Shown in pieces: positions 17,852 through 20,000 of a stretch of DNA of 20,000 nt. Made by a program: the position numbers and the translations under genes. A model generated the notes under the pieces. It made no database searches. It saw nothing but the letters and a program-made list of their open reading frames with translations, and was not told the DNA's origin. Location: sequence record DRR723986_5317. One strand, given 5' to 3'. Numbering within the stretch: the first letter of the stretch is position 1; every line of letters begins with the position of its first letter.

Positions 17852-18229
17852 ATGGAAGTACAAGGACGTATTAAGGTGATTGGAGAGACTCAGACTTTTG
17901 GAAGTAACGGTTTTAGAAAAAGAGAAGTAGTTGTAACTACTGAAGAACAATACCCACAACATATTATGGTAGAGTTCGTGCAAGATAAAACAGACTTATT
18001 AAACAACTTTCAAGTTGGTCAGCAAGTAAAAATAAATATAAACCTTAGAGGTAGAGAGTGGGTTAATCCACAAGGCGAAACAAAATATTTTAATTCCATA
18101 CAAGGTTGGAGAATAGAAGCGTTACAACAAGAAGCAGCAGGAGGAGATATGCCACCAGTACCACCTACAGAGGCTTTTGAACCTGTGAGTGATATTAATG
18201 ATGGCGACCATGACGATTTACCATTCTAA
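17852..18229 (+). CDS. DUF3127 protein (SSB-like, acidic DDLPF tail)
   Basis: GFRKRE.V..T.EQYPQ, NLRGREW, YFNSIQGWRIE and the C-terminal DHDDLPF. Confidence 0.85.
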   Translation: MEVQGRIKVIGETQTFGSNGFRKREVVVTTEEQYPQHIMVEFVQDKTDLLNNFQVGQQVKININLRGREWVNPQGETKYFNSIQGWRIEALQQEAAGGDMPPVPPTEAFEPVSDINDGDHDDLPF

Positions 18230-18243
18230 TAAAGACAGAATTG

Positions 18244-18282
18244 AATAAAAAACTTGCTCTTGTGGAGCAAGTTTTTTTATTT
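18244..18282. terminator. Bidirectional intrinsic terminator after DUF3127
   Basis: AAAAAACTTGCTC-TTGTG-GAGCAAGTTTTTTT, flanked by A and T tracts. Confidence 0.85.
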
Positions 18283-18287
18283 AAACT

Positions 18288-18316
18288 AAAAAAGTCCCGA
18301 TGGTTAGTCGGGACTT
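18288..18316 (-). terminator. Minus-strand intrinsic terminator closing the sRNA candidate
   Basis: Minus strand AAGTCCCGA-CTAACCA-TCGGGACTT-TTTT, a perfect 9-bp stem with a U tract only in this orientation. Confidence 0.75.
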
Positions 18317-18345
18317 AATATTGTGGTTTTAGGTTTTGACCTCTA
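18288..18345 (-). ncRNA. Candidate ~57-nt small RNA
   Basis: Bounded by TTTG-N18-TAAGTTTG upstream and an oriented terminator. No ATG within it. Confidence 0.5.
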
Positions 18346-18349
18346 CAAA

Positions 18350-18379
18350 CAAACTTAAAAAAAAGCAATGATGAACAAA
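18350..18379 (-). promoter_or_regulatory. Bacteroidota -33/-7 promoter pointing into the intergenic region
   Basis: Minus strand TTTG (18379-18376), an 18-nt spacer, then TAAGTTTG (18357-18350). Confidence 0.55.
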
Positions 18380-18491
18380 AATTTATTACATAAAGGTCAA
18401 GTCAAATATCAATAAAATTCTTATACTATCAAAACTAAAAGCTGTATTTAACAGCAAAAATGTTAAAAAAATGTTAGTGAAGCCTTAAATC

Positions 18492-19115
18492 ATGCACTTT
18501 TTAACTCATAAAATAGAATTTCCAGATGTTTCTGAGGCTACGTCAGAAGGGCTTTTAGCCGTTGGAGGTGACTTGTCTTCAGAACGTTTATTACATGCTT
18601 ACAAGAATGGAATTTTTCCTTGGTTTGAGGACGAGGAACCCATACTTTGGTGGTCACCAGATCCTCGATTTGTATTATTTCCAGATGAATTAAAGGTTTC
18701 AAAGAGCATGAAACAAGTGCTTAAGAAACAAAGTTTTACAGTAACTACAAATAAAGCTTTTGAGGCTGTTATAAGAAATTGTGCTAACACAAAACGCAAA
18801 GGGCAACGTGGAACATGGATTACAGAAGAAATGGTTGCGTCTTACATAAAGCTTCACAAAATTGATTACGCAAAGTCAGTTGAGGTTTGGCAAAATCACG
18901 AGCTTGTAGGTGGTTTATATGGTATAGATTTAGGAAATGGAGTGTTTTGCGGCGAGAGTATGTTTGCTAAAGAAAGTAATGCTAGTAAAGTAGGATTTAT
19001 TTCATTTGTTCAAAACTCAGAATACAAATTGATTGATTGTCAGTTACACACCAATCATTTAGAAAGCCTAGGAGCAAGGTCAATCTCAAGATCAGAATTT
19101 TTAAGATATCTTTAA
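18492..19115 (+). CDS. aat: Leucyl/phenylalanyl-tRNA--protein transferase
   Basis: GLLAVGGDLS, AYKNGIFPWF, WWSPDPR, GTWIT, SVEVW, GESMF, NASK and LIDCQ. Confidence 0.96.
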   Translation: MHFLTHKIEFPDVSEATSEGLLAVGGDLSSERLLHAYKNGIFPWFEDEEPILWWSPDPRFVLFPDELKVSKSMKQVLKKQSFTVTTNKAFEAVIRNCANTKRKGQRGTWITEEMVASYIKLHKIDYAKSVEVWQNHELVGGLYGIDLGNGVFCGESMFAKESNASKVGFISFVQNSEYKLIDCQLHTNHLESLGARSISRSEFLRYL

Positions 19116-19675
19116 ACTTCGTTATACCTAAAACATGAGACCTCATGGTCATTAACCATACCTGTAGCTTGCATATGTGCATAAACTACAGTGGTGCCAA
19201 CAAACTTAAATCCTCGTTTTTTTAAGTCTTTACTAATGGTGTCACTAAGAGGTGTATTTGCTGGAGCCTTTTTATAATCTGCAAATTTGTTTTTAATAGG
19301 TTTACCATTTACAAATTCCCAGATGTATTTGGAAAATGAGCCATATTTCTTCTGAATATCCATAAATGCTTGTGCATTACTTATTGTTGCTTTAATCTTT
19401 AACTTATTTCTAATAATACCTGCATTTTGCAACAACTCATCGATTTTTGATTGTTGGTACTTAGCAATTTTATTGTAATCAAAATTGTCGAAGGCTTTTC
19501 TAAAATTTTCACGTTTTCTAAGAACAGTGATCCAACTCAAGCCAGCCTGAAAGGTTTCTAAAATTAGAAACTCAAATAGTTTATTATCATCATAAACAGG
19601 AACTCCCCATTCTTCATCATGATAGGCTTCATATAGAGCATCACCTTCACACCATCCGCATCTCTTAATTTCCAT
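19112..19675 (-). CDS. tag: DNA-3-methyladenine glycosylase I
   Basis: RCGW, YHDEEWG, LETFQAGLSW, IIRNKLKI, GFKFVG and the Zn-ligand motif NDHEVSC. Confidence 0.96.
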   Translation of the reverse strand: MEIKRCGWCEGDALYEAYHDEEWGVPVYDDNKLFEFLILETFQAGLSWITVLRKRENFRKAFDNFDYNKIAKYQQSKIDELLQNAGIIRNKLKIKATISNAQAFMDIQKKYGSFSKYIWEFVNGKPIKNKFADYKKAPANTPLSDTISKDLKKRGFKFVGTTVVYAHMQATGMVNDHEVSCFRYNEV

Positions 19676-19743
19676 TATTGTAAGTTTTAAAAATTAATAC
19701 TACTAATGTAACAACTGTTGCCTTAAAAACTGTAGCATAATCT

Positions 19744-19751
19744 TAATTTTG
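19744..19751 (+). promoter_or_regulatory. Bacteroidota -7 promoter element for the thioredoxin-like gene
   Basis: TAATTTTG(CA), ending 4 nt before ATG 19756. Confidence 0.55.
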
Positions 19752-19755
19752 CACC

Positions 19756-20000
19756 ATGGAAGTTTTAAATACAAATATGATAAACACAATTATTTCTTCA
19801 AGTTTAAAAGCTAGTATGTCTTATAAATCTTACAGGCAGCTAGTGTCAGATTTAGTTGAAAAACAGTCTGCTACGGGAAATGAAAAAACAGAAGCTTTAG
19901 CTAATTATACAATGCTTAATGATAGGCGTATGAAACGTTGGGATAAAACAGTGAAAGTATCTGACGAAACTAAAAATCTTATTAAAACCTACAAGAAGAA
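19756..20000 (+). CDS. N-terminal fragment of a probable thioredoxin-family protein; runs off the window end and is absent from the ORF track
   Basis: Manual translation is open to the end: MEVLNTNMINTIISSSLKASMSYKSYRQLVSDLVEKQSATGNEKTEALANYTMLNDRRMKRWDKTVKV... The MSY..Y...YT.LN.RRMKRWDKT pattern resembles Bacteroidota Thioredoxin_9 proteins. The active site is not in the window. Alternative start at ATG 19777. Confidence 0.7.
   Translation, partial: MEVLNTNMINTIISSSLKASMSYKSYRQLVSDLVEKQSATGNEKTEALANYTMLNDRRMKRWDKTVKVSDETKNLIKTYKK

Noticed and set aside
18230-18491. Paired hairpins considered as CRISPR repeats, IS ends or a tRNA
   Set aside because: The two stems differ in sequence, and there is no repeat-spacer periodicity, transposase or cloverleaf. 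They fit terminators.
2328-19182. Short alternative ORFs in the track (2328, 7068, 8086, 8890, 9334, 9664, 10176, 10318, 11875, 12238, 18599, 18997)
   Set aside because: All lie inside or antisense to well-supported genes and show no recognisable motifs.

Overview
AT-rich bacterial DNA that looks like core chromosome of a Bacteroidota organism, probably Flavobacteriaceae. This is inferred from TAnnTTTG promoter elements, the absence of obvious Shine-Dalgarno sites, and the S46 peptidase, DUF4301, DUF3127 and bacterial GGGP-synthase genes. Gene order: a partial Ig-like (Big_5-type) protein; a minus-strand unit of ybdL-like aminotransferase, a small exported protein broken by a poly-A frameshift, and a yafV-like omega-amidase; an S46 dipeptidyl peptidase split by one in-frame TAA; a DinB-like protein; ahcY; a tightly packed 7-gene run (PPTase, GGGP synthase, thiamine-binding-like protein, PnuC, NadR-like kinase, DUF4301, ArfB); a TPP riboswitch and TonB-dependent receptor; a degenerate Rieske-like lipoprotein; greA; HIT protein; an orphan histidine kinase; flavin reductase; DUF3127; aat; tag; and a partial thioredoxin-like gene. 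No mobile element, CRISPR array, tRNA or rRNA was seen. Best leads: (1) the PnuC-kinase-DUF4301 module, where DUF4301 shows UDP-sugar-pyrophosphorylase-like motifs and may complete an import/phosphorylate/nucleotidylate pathway beside an archaeal-type ether-lipid enzyme; (2) an ORF-free, promoter-and-terminator-bounded ~57 nt sRNA candidate near 18288-18345 (minus strand); (3) a terminator-like hairpin in the greA leader; (4) a possible SD-independent expression platform for the TPP riboswitch. All family calls come from motif recognition by eye, with no database search.
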